A stretch of 64,000 nucleotides of DNA from Octopus sinensis (Eukaryota): positions 47,430,001 to 47,494,000 of the forward strand of contig NC_043001.1 of NCBI RefSeq assembly GCF_006345805.1, given 5' to 3'. Of this stretch, positions 1 through 12,592 are shown one piece after another; the stretch's first letter is position 1, and each line of letters opens with the position of its first letter. The position numbers and the translations under genes were made by a program. Below the pieces are notes generated by a model. That model saw only the letters and a list, made by a program, of their open reading frames with translations, had not been told where the DNA came from and did no database searches.

Positions 1-1894
1 AGAGAAAAACAAGGAGAAATAAAAATGTGAAATAGAGAGCGGTAGAGATAAAAACAGAAAAACATAGATGTGGTACAAAGAGAAACGAGAAGAGGCTGAG
101 AAGACATGGAGAATATTGAGAAGAAACAAGAAGAGAGAGGTAGAGAGATATGGAGAGAGAGACAAAGAGGAAAACAGAAAGAGAACGTACTAGAATCGAG
201 AAAGAAATGAGAGAAAATTAACACTACCAACACATTTTCTTGGCCCACGGGGAGTCAACTTGGAAAAACAAACCAATACAACTACTTTATGAGTGAATTT
301 GTAAACACTAACAGTACGTCTATCAACAGAAATAATAAACATGTTTCAAATGATGACATTTGGAGTTGAGTGGATAAATACTATAAATATATATTTTTGG
401 CATTACTTTAGTGGATCAAAAACAGTGTGTGGGCAACAGTGGAAGAAGGAAAGAAAACAGAAGAAAATTGAAACGACATTTATACGTAACAAAGGGCCTT
501 GTCAACACGATGACCTCACATATATAAAACAAGCACACATAGGAAGCTGTTACAGAAGCGAAGCGGTGCTGAAAATACTGCCATAACGTGGAATTCCTTA
601 ATGCATTGCTTTTTTTCCCCCGTTGCCTAAGGAAGAAGATACAAAAAAAAGGAAAGAAAAACTGGAAAAAAAAAAAAAGTAAGGAAGAATGGATGAAAAG
701 AGGAAATAAAGATAGAATGAAAGGAAAAAAAGAAAGAACGGAAGGAAAAAAGGGTGAAAGAAAGATAGCAGAACGAAAGAAAGAAGCATCAATAAAGAAA
801 AATAACGAAAATAAAAAATAACAAAGGGAAACAAAGAAAAATAACAAAGAAAAAAGGAAAAGAAGGAAGAAATAAAGAAAGGAAAAAGAAAGACATAAAC
901 ACAGAGAGAGAGGGGGGAGAGGAAAGAAAAAAGATAGAAAGGGACAGCCGTGATATTTGCATCAACCAAGTCTCCTGCAAAATAAACTTATGATTGTTCA
1001 CATATAAATTACATAATTGCTGTTTCCAATATTCATTAATTTATTCACGCCTTTCATCGTTAGGTGGCGATTGTGTCCTCTTAGTGTGTGGTCTCTCAAA
1101 TTTGTTTGCTATTTTTATTCCCCCTCCTCCTCCTCCTTTTTTTCTTTCCGCTATTCCTATTTTGTTCTTTAACTTTGCTGCAATAGAAATTCTTTGGTCA
1201 TTATATGTATTCCATTATTTGTGACACAGTTTTAGTGATAAAGGAATCCTCACGATGAGGAAGCGCTACGTTGCTGAATTTTTTTTTACTGTAAAGTGGA
1301 ATTTCGAAACGCGAAACCCACTTCCGTCATTGACTAATTTTTCTTTCTTTCTTTTTTTTCTTTCTTTCTTTCATTAATTATTCTCTAAATTCACCAGCTA
1401 TGTTGCATATGTTGGCAAGCATGCAGAACAGCTTGAAACCATCACACTCACTCTCAACATTTTCTTCACCATCTCACATCACTAATAAGACCCTCACCAC
1501 CACCACCACCACCAACAACAAAAACAACCGTCTCCATCATCATCGTGATGATGATCATCATCTTCATCATGATCTATATTATGATATAGAATGAGAACAC
1601 CGGCTGTTTCAAGAAATTCCGTAACGCAAAACGTTACGGATTCCTACATCATGGCCTGATTAGTTGATGAGGAAAGTGGATTTCCCGTTCCGAAATTCCA
1701 CATAACAGCAAAACATTCAGAAGCACAATACACCTTCATCACGAGAGTTTTTGTGTTGCCAAATCTGCATCATAAAGAATAAGTAGGCTAAGAAATAACG
1801 GAACGCATAAAATGTCCAATGAATTTGTATTACAGCAGTTAACAATAGAACAACAACAAAGCAAAAACGAAAGAACGGAATATCTTTTATCTTT

Positions 1895-2281
1895 AACTAG
1901 CAGTATCGCCCGGCGTTGCTCAGGTTTGTAAGGGAAATAACTATAAAGCATTTTTAGAGAGTTATAGCCAAAAAATAGCAAAAAAATGGAAAAAAATTAT
2001 GGTAAATTTTTTTTGATAGTTAAAACAGGTGGAGTTGCGTCCCCTACACAGTTTGTGGTTTGAGTTCCTGATTCTTGACCCCATGTCGAATTTATCGATT
2101 TTTTTCAGAACTGGGGGAACTTTTCAAAATTTTTGCTGCGTTAGTTTTGAATTATGACATTGGGCTATGTGTGTGTCAAGTTTCATCAGAATCGGTTGAA
2201 AGCCGTGGTCAGGGTGAGGGTACAAGCAAACAGACACACAGAAACACGCACAGACAAACTGCCGTTTATATAGAGAGAGAT
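1895..2281 (+). mobile_element. Non-autonomous Helitron/Helentron-like element (HINE/DINE-1-like), copy 1
   Basis: Starts AACTAGCAGTATCGCCCGGCGTTGC, ends ACAAACTGCCGTTTATATAGAGAGAGAT, inserted between Ts; near-identical second copy at 2496-2880; ends resemble non-autonomous Helitron2/Helentron elements. Confidence 0.6.
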
Positions 2282-2495
2282 TTGTTTCAATCATTCGACT
2301 GCGGCCATGGTGGGGCACCACCATGAAGGAGTTAGTCATCCCTATTATTAATATTTATAAGTCTGGTACTTATTCTATCGGTCTTTAGCCATACTGCTTA
2401 GTGGTGGTGGTGCATAAACACAAACACATACGTACATGCATACATACAAAGCTATTCTTACATACATACAAGACTGTCCTCGAAGAAATATAGAG

Positions 2496-2880
2496 AACTA
2501 GCAGTATCGCCCGGCGTTGCTCAGGTTTGTAAGGGAAATAACTATAAAGCATTTTTAGAGAGTTATAGGCCAAAAATAGCAAAAAAATGGAAAAAAAATG
2601 TGGTAAATTTGTTTTTGAGAGTAAAAAAAGGTTGAGTTGCGCCCCTAGACAGTCTGTGGTTTGTTTTTTTTATTCTCGACCCCATGTCGAATTTATCGAT
2701 TTTTTTTTCAGACTTGGGGAACTTTTCAAAATTTTCGCTGCGTTAGTTTTGAATTATGACATTGGACTATTGTGTGTCAAGTTTCATCAAATCGGTTGAA
2801 AGCCGTGGTCAGGGTGAGGGTACGAGAAACAGACACACAGAAACACGCACAGACAAACTGCCGTTTATATCGAGAGAGAT
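2496..2880 (+). mobile_element. Non-autonomous Helitron/Helentron-like element, copy 2
   Basis: Collinear direct repeat of 1895-2281 with the same termini. Confidence 0.6.
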
Positions 2881-2892
2881 ACTCCTGTTATT

Positions 2893-3100
2893 GAATATAT
2901 ACACAAGCATTAACACTAGGAATACTGGTGGAACATTCCCATTAAAACATCTAAGTGTAAACATAAAAGGCCGGATATTGTTATTCGGGACGGACAAGAA
3001 AAAGTATGTACCGTCATAGAGGTCAGCTGTCCTGCTGATGTGAATATTTCTTAGCTGCTTCGAAACCTATGGACAACCGCTTCGAAACGTCCAGCTGTAT
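2893..3100 (+). mobile_element. Fragment of restriction-like endonuclease (RLE) domain of an R4/Dong/NeSL-type non-LTR retrotransposon
   Basis: 2923-3054 translates YWWNIPIKTSKCKHKRPDIVIRDGQEKVCTVIEVSCPADVNIS*, the RPD..(D/E)xxCP PD-(D/E)xK motif; then YGQPLRNVQLY after a deletion. Confidence 0.85.
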
Positions 3101-3167
3101 GAAACATTTGGTTGCCTTGTTAAATCACAAAAATCACAAATAGTGTATGTTTGTGTGTGTACGTGTG

Positions 3168-3334
3168 TGACGGTCTTCTTTCAGTTTTTTTTTCTGCCAA
3201 ATCCACTCACAAGGCTTCTTTGTCCGGCTCGTGACTACAATAGAAAACATTTGCCCAAGGTGCCGCGCAGTGGAACTGAACCAGAAACCATTTGGTTTGG
3301 ACGCAAACTTCTTACCGCACAGCTACGCTTAAGC
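3168..3334 (-). mobile_element. CORE-type tRNA-derived SINE (family C), 5' half
   Basis: Reverse complement of head with the CCTTGGGCAA(A/G)T CORE-like block shared by many copies in the window. Confidence 0.8.
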
Positions 3335-3428
3335 TTATAGAATAATAGGGAAGAGAGAAATTACTATAAATAGTTAAAAAAACAAAAACAAAAAAAATGT
3401 TAAAGACCATACACTAAGAGGACACTGT

Positions 3429-3441
3429 CGCCATCTAGCGG
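3429..3441 (-). promoter_or_regulatory. CTCF-like binding motif
   Basis: Reverse complement CCGCTAGATGGCG matches the CTCF core CCASYAGRKGGCR with one mismatch; non-repetitive CpG-containing context. Confidence 0.4.
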
Positions 3442-3779
3442 TGAAAGGCGTGAATGAATGTATACTGGAAGCGGCAATTATGTAATTTATATGTGAACAA
3501 TCAGAAGTTAATTTTGTTGGAGTAATTTCATGTAGCGACACTCGGTTGACATAAATATCACGGCTATTCCTTTCTTTCTTTCTCTCTTTCCTGCTTTCTT
3601 TCTTTTTCTTTCTTTCTTTCTTTATTTAATCTTGTCTCATTCCTTCGGTTATGTTACATGCGTAGGCAGACAAACAGAACAACTATACCAAATCATTTTT
3701 TTTCTTTTGTCTCTCAGTTTTCCTCCTACACTTGAAGTCATCACGCTCACTCCTTAAACATTTTTCTCGCCATCTCAAG

Positions 3780-4680
3780 TCGCTAAAACCGCCCTCACCA
3801 TCACCATCGCCCTCTCTACCAGCAGTAGCACCACCACCACCACCACCACCACCACCGTCGTCGTCGTCGTCATCATCATCATCAACATCATTATTATTGC
3901 CGTCGTTGTCATCACCATCATCATCCCTTCCAGTGCTTAATACTCGATTTTCTCTCAGTCTCTCTCTCTCCCCCGCTCCACACATACTCAAAAAACTATT
4001 ACTAACACCAAAGCATCACCCCACCAACATCATCACCACCACCACCACCACCATCACCACAGATACACCCATCACTGAAATCCTTGATTTCTGACTCTAA
4101 CGCCATCACCATCGCCTCCGCCGCCACCACCACCACCACCACTACCACCAGTGCATTTGCTAGTATGGCCCTTAATAACATTTTTCTCTCTCTCTTTCTC
4201 TTCCTTCATCTCAGTTTACTCACACCATCAACATCATTGTTGATCATCACAGCCAGCATTGCCCTTAGCATTTAACACCTTTACATCTCTACATCTTCGC
4301 CCCCACCAAGACCGCCGATCTAGTATTTAACATCGCTTCTTTTCGCTATCACCAACATCACCTTTAAAGAAAAAGCAAAACCACACAAAAAACAAAAAAA
4401 AAAATACAGCTAACAACAAAACGCCATCACCTCAACCATTACTGGGATCGTCACCATATCTAAAACTCCGCCACTACCACCACGAAAAATACCACTGCCG
4501 TCACATCATTAAACCACCACCACCACTACTATCACCACCACCACCGCATTCATTCTTTAATATAATTATACATCTTACCATCCGCACCACCGTCACAACT
4601 GCGTCTACAGGCTTTATACTTCTACCTCTCACCGCCACTACCACCACCTCTATCGCAACCATCACTGCAGTCTATAATCG
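3780..4680. repeat. Degenerate CAC/CAT/GTC trinucleotide-rich low-complexity tract
   Basis: Runs of (CAC)n, (GTC)n, (CAT)n and cryptic variants. Confidence 0.85.
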
Positions 4681-5049
4681 CACATCAGAGACAGACAAAC
4701 GGTTTGACAAAGTTCAACGCATGCAGACTGACTAATACTGGGAGGATGTATCGACCAAAGGTCAATCTAATAAAGAGCAAATAATGGCTATGATGATAAC
4801 AACACTTCCTTGCATCTTTATTTGGTTGGTTGAGACCGTTCACACCGATCCCTTGCAATACTTTTTTAATATTCTGGCGGAAATAAACTACAAAAACAAA
4901 AAAAAAAAGAGTATTTTTTTTATCCCTGCTGAACTTAGCTATAGTTAAAAGAGGGCCTAGATGAATTAATGGATACTATTTTTAAGAATGTAGAACAAAC
5001 GAATTCCTAAAGCCCAGTTTCGGTGATGCATCAAAGCTGATAATAATCA

Positions 5050-5565
5050 TGGTTTCTAATTTAGGTACAAGGCTTGACATTTTTCTAGGCGAAAGAAATA
5101 GTCGACTAAATCGACTCTTGTACTTGAGTGGTATTTTATTTTATCGACCAAGGAGGGATGAAAAATAAATTTGACCTTGGTAAGATTTGAACTCAGAAAG
5201 CGAAGAGCCGGAACAATACCACAAGGCAATAATTTCTAAAATAGGCATGCCACCTCCGACATGGGGAAGAGAACAACCAGTTATATCGACCTCCAACACC
5301 TGACAAGTACTTTATTTTATTGTCCCAGGAAGAATGAAAGGCAATGTCGACTTAGAGCTAAGAACTTAAAATAAAGAACGTAACTCAATACTGTAAGAAG
5401 AAAAATAGAACTGCCTCCAGAACTTTACAGGCACTTAATTTATCGACCTTAAAAAGAGAAATGATAACTTTGGCATCAGTAGGGTTTGAACCCAGAGCGA
5501 AGAGAGTCGGAACGATCACTGCGAGTCATTCTATCCGGTACTAGTAATTCGGCTAATTTGGCCGC
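5050..5565 (-). mobile_element. Old, fragmented family D SINE copies
   Basis: Several degenerate GGTACTTATTTTATCGAC..GGATGAAAGGCAAAGTCGAC..GAATTTGAACTCAGAA blocks. Confidence 0.7.
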
Positions 5566-6076
5566 CTTACTGAAATATTATTCATATCTTGTCACGCAAG
5601 CGTTTTATATCGCATCCTCTGTTAATGGCTTCAGAATAGTTGGTGACTGTTCTTCATTCACCAAAGACTATTACAAAGAGTCATTAAAATGCCGACCCGT
5701 TTGAAACACCCTCTGTTTCTTCTGCAATGACTTGATCTCGTCTGAAATAGTAAGTTCTGTATCGATCCTACCGAAACCATCCCTGAAACACTAAGAAGAT
5801 TTCACAAACCCACGATGCTGTTGTTGTTGCTACTGCTGCTGTTTTAGTCCCATGTAGGATTTTGTTGAGTAGATCCATGATCGAAAGCTTTACGGTTATG
5901 ACTACCACTTCTCATTTTGGTGTATGGGTTATCTAATATATCCCTTATTTCATTTAAATGATGGGATGCAATTTGAGGGAGATTTGGTTCTATATTTTAG
6001 CTGATCGAGCGACTGCATACACGCTCCTTCTTTAACACATATTTTTGATAGGCATCATCCTATAACACCATCCTCA

Positions 6077-6122
6077 TCAACTACACCAGAGATTCCCGAT
6101 CAACTACACCAGAGATTCCCGA
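6077..6122. repeat. Perfect 23-bp tandem duplication
   Basis: TCAACTACACCAGAGATTCCCGA x2. Confidence 0.95.
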
Positions 6123-6452
6123 CCACTGAACCACAAACCAGTTCCGGGTCGTACGTAAAGAATAAATTTTAAAATTTCAATGTTCTTTTATTGACTATCG
6201 CAGCCTGTAGGATGTTTTTGCATTATATATGTACTATATAAGTAATATATGTGTACTATATATGTAATAATCAAAATACATATTATGCACTTTATTGTGT
6301 TTCGTTAAACGCATATTACCTCGGTCCGTGCAAAGAAACTGTTTTGCGTGAAACCAGTTCATGGTGCAAGTTTGGGGACCCCTGAACCACATCTTGAATG
6401 TTATGTAAACGGCTAGGGTTAGAGATCCTCTTCTTCAAACGGAAATATAAAT

Positions 6453-6843
6453 TCTTTTATCTGTTTATCTTTTACTTGTTTCAATCATTAGACACCGGCC
6501 AGGCTGGAGCACCACCTTGAAAAATTTTTAGCCGACACCATTTACTTTTAAAGCCTGGCACTTATTCAATCGGTCTCTTTTGTTGAACTGTTAAGTTACT
6601 GTGAAGTAAACACACCAACACCCGTTATCAAGCGGTGGTGAGGAAACAAACACATACACAATTACACACACACACACACACGATGGGCTTCTTTCAGTTT
6701 TCATCTAACAAATCCACTCAAAAGGCTTTGGTCGGCCTGAGACTATAGTAGAAAACACTTGCCCAAGGTGCCACGCAGTGGGACGGAACCCCGAACCAAG
6801 TGGTTGGTAAGCAAGCTACTTACCACACAGCCATACCTGCGCC
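6453..6843 (-). mobile_element. CORE-type SINE family C, full length
   Basis: tRNA-like head (GGCGCAGG..TGGCTGTGTGGTAAG), CORE block, internal (CA)n, 3' TGAAACAAGTAAAAG tail, all on minus strand. Confidence 0.9.
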
Positions 6844-7460
6844 AATGGAGAAGAAAACAAAATAAAAATCGAACAACATGTACATCATAATAGCGTTAAA
6901 ATTCCGCTTTCAGGTAGAAACCACAAGTGTTGGTGTCTATATGCTGTGTTGCTCTGAAATCAATATCCACCAGTTTTTATATCTTTAATTGACGTCTTCA
7001 TGGATGGTTTGTTAGCGGAGAACTGATATTTAGATGAAAAACACTGTTGTCAGTAGCAACAATAACAGGTGTTTGGCAAGGTTCCTTGTATCCGCTCAGT
7101 GCTAGTCAGAGCAACTAATTTATTCAGCTAAGTATTTAAGTACTAATGTAACTCCCTGGTTATTTATTAACAGCAGGGGTACATATCACAGGGATCTTTG
7201 GATTTGCTTGCATCATGTCCTAAACAAAATGACCGTCAGTTTTCCAGACACTTCTTTAACCATAAATTCAGGTTCCATAAATTAAAAGCAATGTTATTCT
7301 ATAGCCCATTTTCTGTCGTCTCCTCACAATCGCACTGCACCAAGTATAACAAATGAGAATGATGTTAAACAGTTTGTTTATATTAGATTGATAATTTAAT
7401 CAGAACGTAACCACGAGAACTCCACAGAAGACTTCGTCTTTATATCGTGTATATAAAGAG

Positions 7461-7659
7461 ACGGTATGAGTGGATGGTTAACAAGCTGGCTTCGCGACCA
7501 CGAGAACTTGGGTTCGATCTACCACTGCGTGGCATATTGGTCAGATGTCATTTTCTATAGCCTCGGCTCTACCTATGCCTTGTGGGTGAAACTGAGTAGA
7601 CGGAAACTGAACAGAAGCCCATTGGGTGCACTGAACTTGTAATGCATAATATACAACCT

Positions 7660-7701
<42 letters not shown>

Positions 7702-8240
7702 ACACACATACACACACACACACTGTGTCATGCTGATTCTGTCTGGGAATTGATTTAAGGGCATGCGTGTTTATGGAGTGCTCGGATACGTGCATGTTAA
7801 TCCAGGAGCAGCAGGTAATCCAGTTGATTGAACAACTGAAACCACATCACCGAACAACGGAGATCCACCACCAAAATAAAGGGCATGTGTAGGGCACAGT
7901 ATGGCCGAATGGTTAAGGATATTACTTTCCAACCTTGAAGACACACGTTCGATTCATCTGCGTGAAATTTTGAGCAAACCTCATTTATTTTCAGAGCCTC
8001 AAGTCGACCGACACCTTATGAGTGAAATTGAATATACGGAAGCTATAAAATCCTGTCGGATGGATTGTACCAGTAATTCAAAAGGTACAGCCTTGTCACA
8101 CAGTATTACGCTGCTTCAGAGAACTACGTTAAGGGTACATGCGTCGGAGAAATGCTCAGCGACTTGAACGTTTATTCAGGACTAGTAACTTTTATGGAAC
8201 AAATGTATCCTCATAGTCGAACGACGAGGATCCACCACTA
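7461..8240 (+). mobile_element. Two tandem old SINEs: CORE-type head joined to the 3' tail of the 63.3-kb family
   Basis: Heads at ~7461 and ~7891; tails match the reverse complement of 63314-63470 (GAACTACGTTAAGGGTAC..). Confidence 0.7.
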
Positions 8241-10450
8241 TGTAGGGCAAACCAGCTTAGTGTAAATCATCCCTCCCTTACTCTCTCATTCTTTCTTACT
8301 TTCTCTTTCTCTAACTCCCTCTCTCCCTCACAGGAGCGTATATTCAGAGTGTGATAGGTGTGCGCTGCACACAGTCATAGAAAATGGCAAATTCATTATA
8401 AATATTAACCTTACTCATTAATTTAACCACAAATCTTAATAGAATCTTGATTTTATTGCAATAATAATAATAATAATAATGTTTTCTTTGTTATTGATTC
8501 TCACTAGAATATCGTATATACTGATAGTAATGTACACCTGGTTATGGAACACATGCGCAATGCCAAGACACGAGTAGCTGTTTTTTAGTTGTTAGATTGA
8601 CAATAGTATCGACTCCTCTGTCTGCAGTTTTCAGTTGACGTCAACATATATATTTATATATATATTAGAAGAAATGAGGTAATCAGAAGATCGGATGGTT
8701 CATATTTATAGATATTTATTTATATATTACATTTTTTACATATATATATCATATCATTCAGATTATTAGCGCTTTCTCCCATTCTAGTGGGGTTTTCAAA
8801 TCAAATTATTTATATATATATATATATATATATCATCTCTCACCAAACAGAACTATGGCCAAATACGTTCCAATAGTGGATCATCCATCCCTTTATATTT
8901 TATTCACACCTTGGGTTATATTATCAACGTGTCCTTCCTAATTACAGCTTTGTAAAGACATTAAACTTTATAAAGGAATAAAGCATAGGATAAAAAGAAT
9001 ATTGGGCTGCGATTTCTAGTAGTTCAAGTGACGGTATGCAGACACCCTTGTTGGCCCATCTATAGATATTTAAATACAGATGATATCGATATCTGTAGCT
9101 GACATTTCTATAAAGTTCCAGTCACGGTGACACACGCTCACACACACACACATAAATGTATGTATGTATGTATGTATGTATGTATGTATGTATGTATGTA
9201 TGTATGTATGTATGTATGTATGCATGTATGTGAGAGTATGTGTGTGTAGCATTTTGGTCAACTAAAGGTTGTGTCACGGAAAACAAACATCGAGAAAAAT
9301 CTTACCTCCCAAGATATCAACATGTTTTGTTTGCAAATATACAAAAGTTGTATGATTCATTAGGGTAAAAGTACGCACACACACACGTACACACACACAC
9401 AAGCATACACAGACGCACACATACACACACGTACACGTAATCATTTCTTTCTTTTTTTCCAGCTTCCATGGAGTTTGAGCGAACGAGAGCACAAGAACCC
9501 CATTCTCACCCTGACCGGACCGCCAGTTTGTTGCAGGTTTAACATAACAGCTGTCGCTCCAGTGTTTATTTTCAGGCTAGTAGACTGAATGTCAAAATGA
9601 AGTAGATTGCTCAAGGATGAAATGCGCCACCTGTTCCGACAAACAAACACACAACCGATCGATTGTGAGCTCAGCACCAAACCAATGCGCCCTGCGTCTT
9701 CATGCACGCACGCACGCACACACACACAGACACGCGCACACACATATGCACACATGTACGCATGCACGCGCACGCGCACACACACAGATACACACGTTAG
9801 AAATATCAATTAATATAATGACTAATTTTATGCTATTGATTAGAGTAGGAAACTATACGTCTTCTTTGAAGAGTGGTAAACAAATAGTGAAACAGTCCGT
9901 CAGAAGGTGTCCTATTTGTCCATTCATCTCTGTCTCTTTCTCTCGTTCTCTCTCTCTCTTTTACTATCATCAAGAGTATAAAAGTAATGTGTTTTCATTT
10001 ATGTAATATATGTAGTAGACAGAAAAAGAAGGCAAATTTAGCTATTGGGGGAAAAAAAAGAATGAATGCTGAACAGATTCGATTTTCGAACCTTATTGGG
10101 TTATCATCAGTGGTGATGAGAACCCAATCTGTTTATGTACTCAACAGATTGAGTATATAAACAGAAGTACAGAAGTAGCTGGAGCTACTCATTTGTATAG
10201 CACAAATGTTAACGCTTTATTATATGTGTGCGTGTGTATCTAGTGAATCCAAACAAAGAAGGACAAACAAGAAAAAACAATAACACGAGGACGTGGTACA
10301 AGTACTGTAATATCAGACGCTCAGTGACCAATGGTTTTGCATCCATAAAGTACGTAGCTTTATAGACGACTCGTCAGACTCCAATGGCCACAAGCAAATA
10401 GCCTCTCTTCAAACTGGAGGTAGAAAACCGTTATATGATCTACTAAAGAC

Positions 10451-10558
<108 letters not shown>

Positions 10559-11039
10559 ATATACCAGAGTAATCATCCGCACGACTACTTTAGTGACCTT
10601 CAGACCATAAAATAAAATAGTAAAACGAAAAATATGAATCCTGCCATTATTCTAAATTCTATTCCCTCAAATGAATGAGAATTTTTTTCCTATTTCTCTA
10701 TTAGCCCCGACAGAGAACTAAAATTAACCTACTTAACCCTTTACCACAAAAAATTACCGATTAATCAAATATATTTGAATTTATCACTTTCATGAGCGAA
10801 TATAACTCTTTTGTCCAAACTAGTACACACACACACACACACACTTGTACATACGCAAATATAATCTGCGTCGAAACAAAGACGAATGAAAATAAAAGCA
10901 AATTCTCCCTCAATAAACTCAATCCACACCACTCAGCCCCAAAACCTACCCATCTCCAAGCCAAACCTTATACATAGAAATGAAACATATATCTCTCAGA
11001 TCTCCATAAGTCTGTGATAAAATCGCTATGTGGCAAGAA

Positions 11040-11428
11040 ACCAGACAATTGGCGGGCGAAGTGGGATTCCTCCGAAGGTTCTCTTGAGTAATGTAACTCG
11101 ACATCGAGCTTAGCTCGGGAATCAGAAGGTCTCTCTGAGGTCGAGCTGATACTTCTCTGCATTGAGGGACACGGTTCCGATATTATGGACATGTGATTAG
11201 AATGTCTCAGGGAAGAATTGCAAGAGGGATTTATTAAGCCAAACCAACCGGCTGGATGCCTAGGGGTGGAACAAGAACGAGATGGTTAGATAATGTCCAT
11301 AGTCTCAGTTTGTTGTGCTTGGGAATCCATCCGGAAAATCTAATGACGGTTGCTTTTGATAGGAGCCTATGAAGGAAGTAACTGAGGACTCTACGCCAAT
11401 GAATCTTCCAGGAATTGTGGGCGGAAAG
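11040..11428 (+). mobile_element. 3' end of a degenerate RTE-clade (Rex3/Expander-like) LINE
   Basis: From 11172: [50 protein letters not shown], matching the RTE C-terminal LRWxGHVxRM..GxRPRGRPRxRW motif; ends in a GGATGGAT tail running into (TA)n. Confidence 0.85.
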
Positions 11429-11434
11429 GTGGAT

Positions 11435-11496
<62 letters not shown>

Positions 11497-11822
11497 ATAT
11501 ATGTGTATGTGTGTGTTTGTGTATACATACATACACATATACATATATATATACTCTGAACATTCCAACGGATTATAATGTAATCCTTGTATTGTCCTTT
11601 GTGCACCCTGTACAGCATGTTTTCATATGTATGTCTGTGTCTATCTGTCTGTATGTATGTATGTAAGTATGTATTTGTGTCTGTATGTGCGTGTGCATAT
11701 GTTTTGTAGTTTCAATTTGGGTTGAAAATTGAAACAGTTGTAGGTAAATATGTTAATTTCTATTCATTAGATCTGTTTTCAAGCTTGAGAATTATACACA
11801 CACTCACACACACACATATATG

Positions 11823-11860
<38 letters not shown>

Positions 11861-12182
11861 CATACATACATATACATACATACATACATATGTATATATA
11901 TATGTATGTATATCATAACAGCGCAATGACTAAGACAATTAAAAGAATAGTATAAGCTATGAGGCATATGATGTGTGCATGTGAGTGAGTGTGGTGCATG
12001 CGGTGCGTGTGTATTCGTGTGTATGCTTGCAGGTCATGTAGCCATGGATGTGTATCTGGCACATGCATATATCTAAATATGTAGATATAACGTCCTATGT
12101 ACTGACATTATACACACACGCATATATCGAGTGAGAAGAAGAATGCGATAGAGAGAGAGAGAGAGAGGGAAAGAAAGAGTGA

Positions 12183-12214
<32 letters not shown>

Positions 12215-12485
12215 CGGGGTGAAAAAGGCAGACCAACAGACGGAGTAATTAAGACGGTAAAATACAATAAATTGCTTTATATAAAAAATAAAACCCCATT
12301 CAATAGCTTTCATAATTCACTACTGTATATGAGCAAAACTACTATAAGAGACTCTAAGTATTTCAATTACATACAAACATCTATTTAGTTTGATGGAGAG
12401 CTATCAAAAGAGAGGCGAGTGGAAGGCAAAAAAAAAAAAACACAGTAAAAATAACACTACACAACATCTGTTGGACGGAAGGAAA

Positions 12486-12592
12486 TTTCGCGAGATTCTC
12501 TTTCGCTCTCTTTCTACCGGAAACGGAAGTCGTACGACATAAACAATATAATGATCCAGAAAAAAACACGTTTAAGGATTTTACTTGCGCAA
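12486..12592. promoter_or_regulatory. Promoter-like motif cluster
   Basis: TTTCGCGAGA (12486, TCTCGCGAGA-like), tandem ETS sites ACCGGAAACGGAAGT (12516) and palindromic TTGCGCAA (12585) in unique CpG-rich DNA. Confidence 0.45.

Noticed and set aside
588-969. Lys-rich and Phe-rich ORFs
   Set aside because: Translation of an A/G-rich low-complexity tract
1660-1701. UGAUGA-GGAA..UUCC-GAAA hammerhead-like string
   Set aside because: C3 missing and no helix III/I or NUH partner; better explained as Rel-like sites
3683-4275. Pro/Ser/Thr- and Asp/Gly-rich ORFs
   Set aside because: Trinucleotide repeats; no domain or splice support
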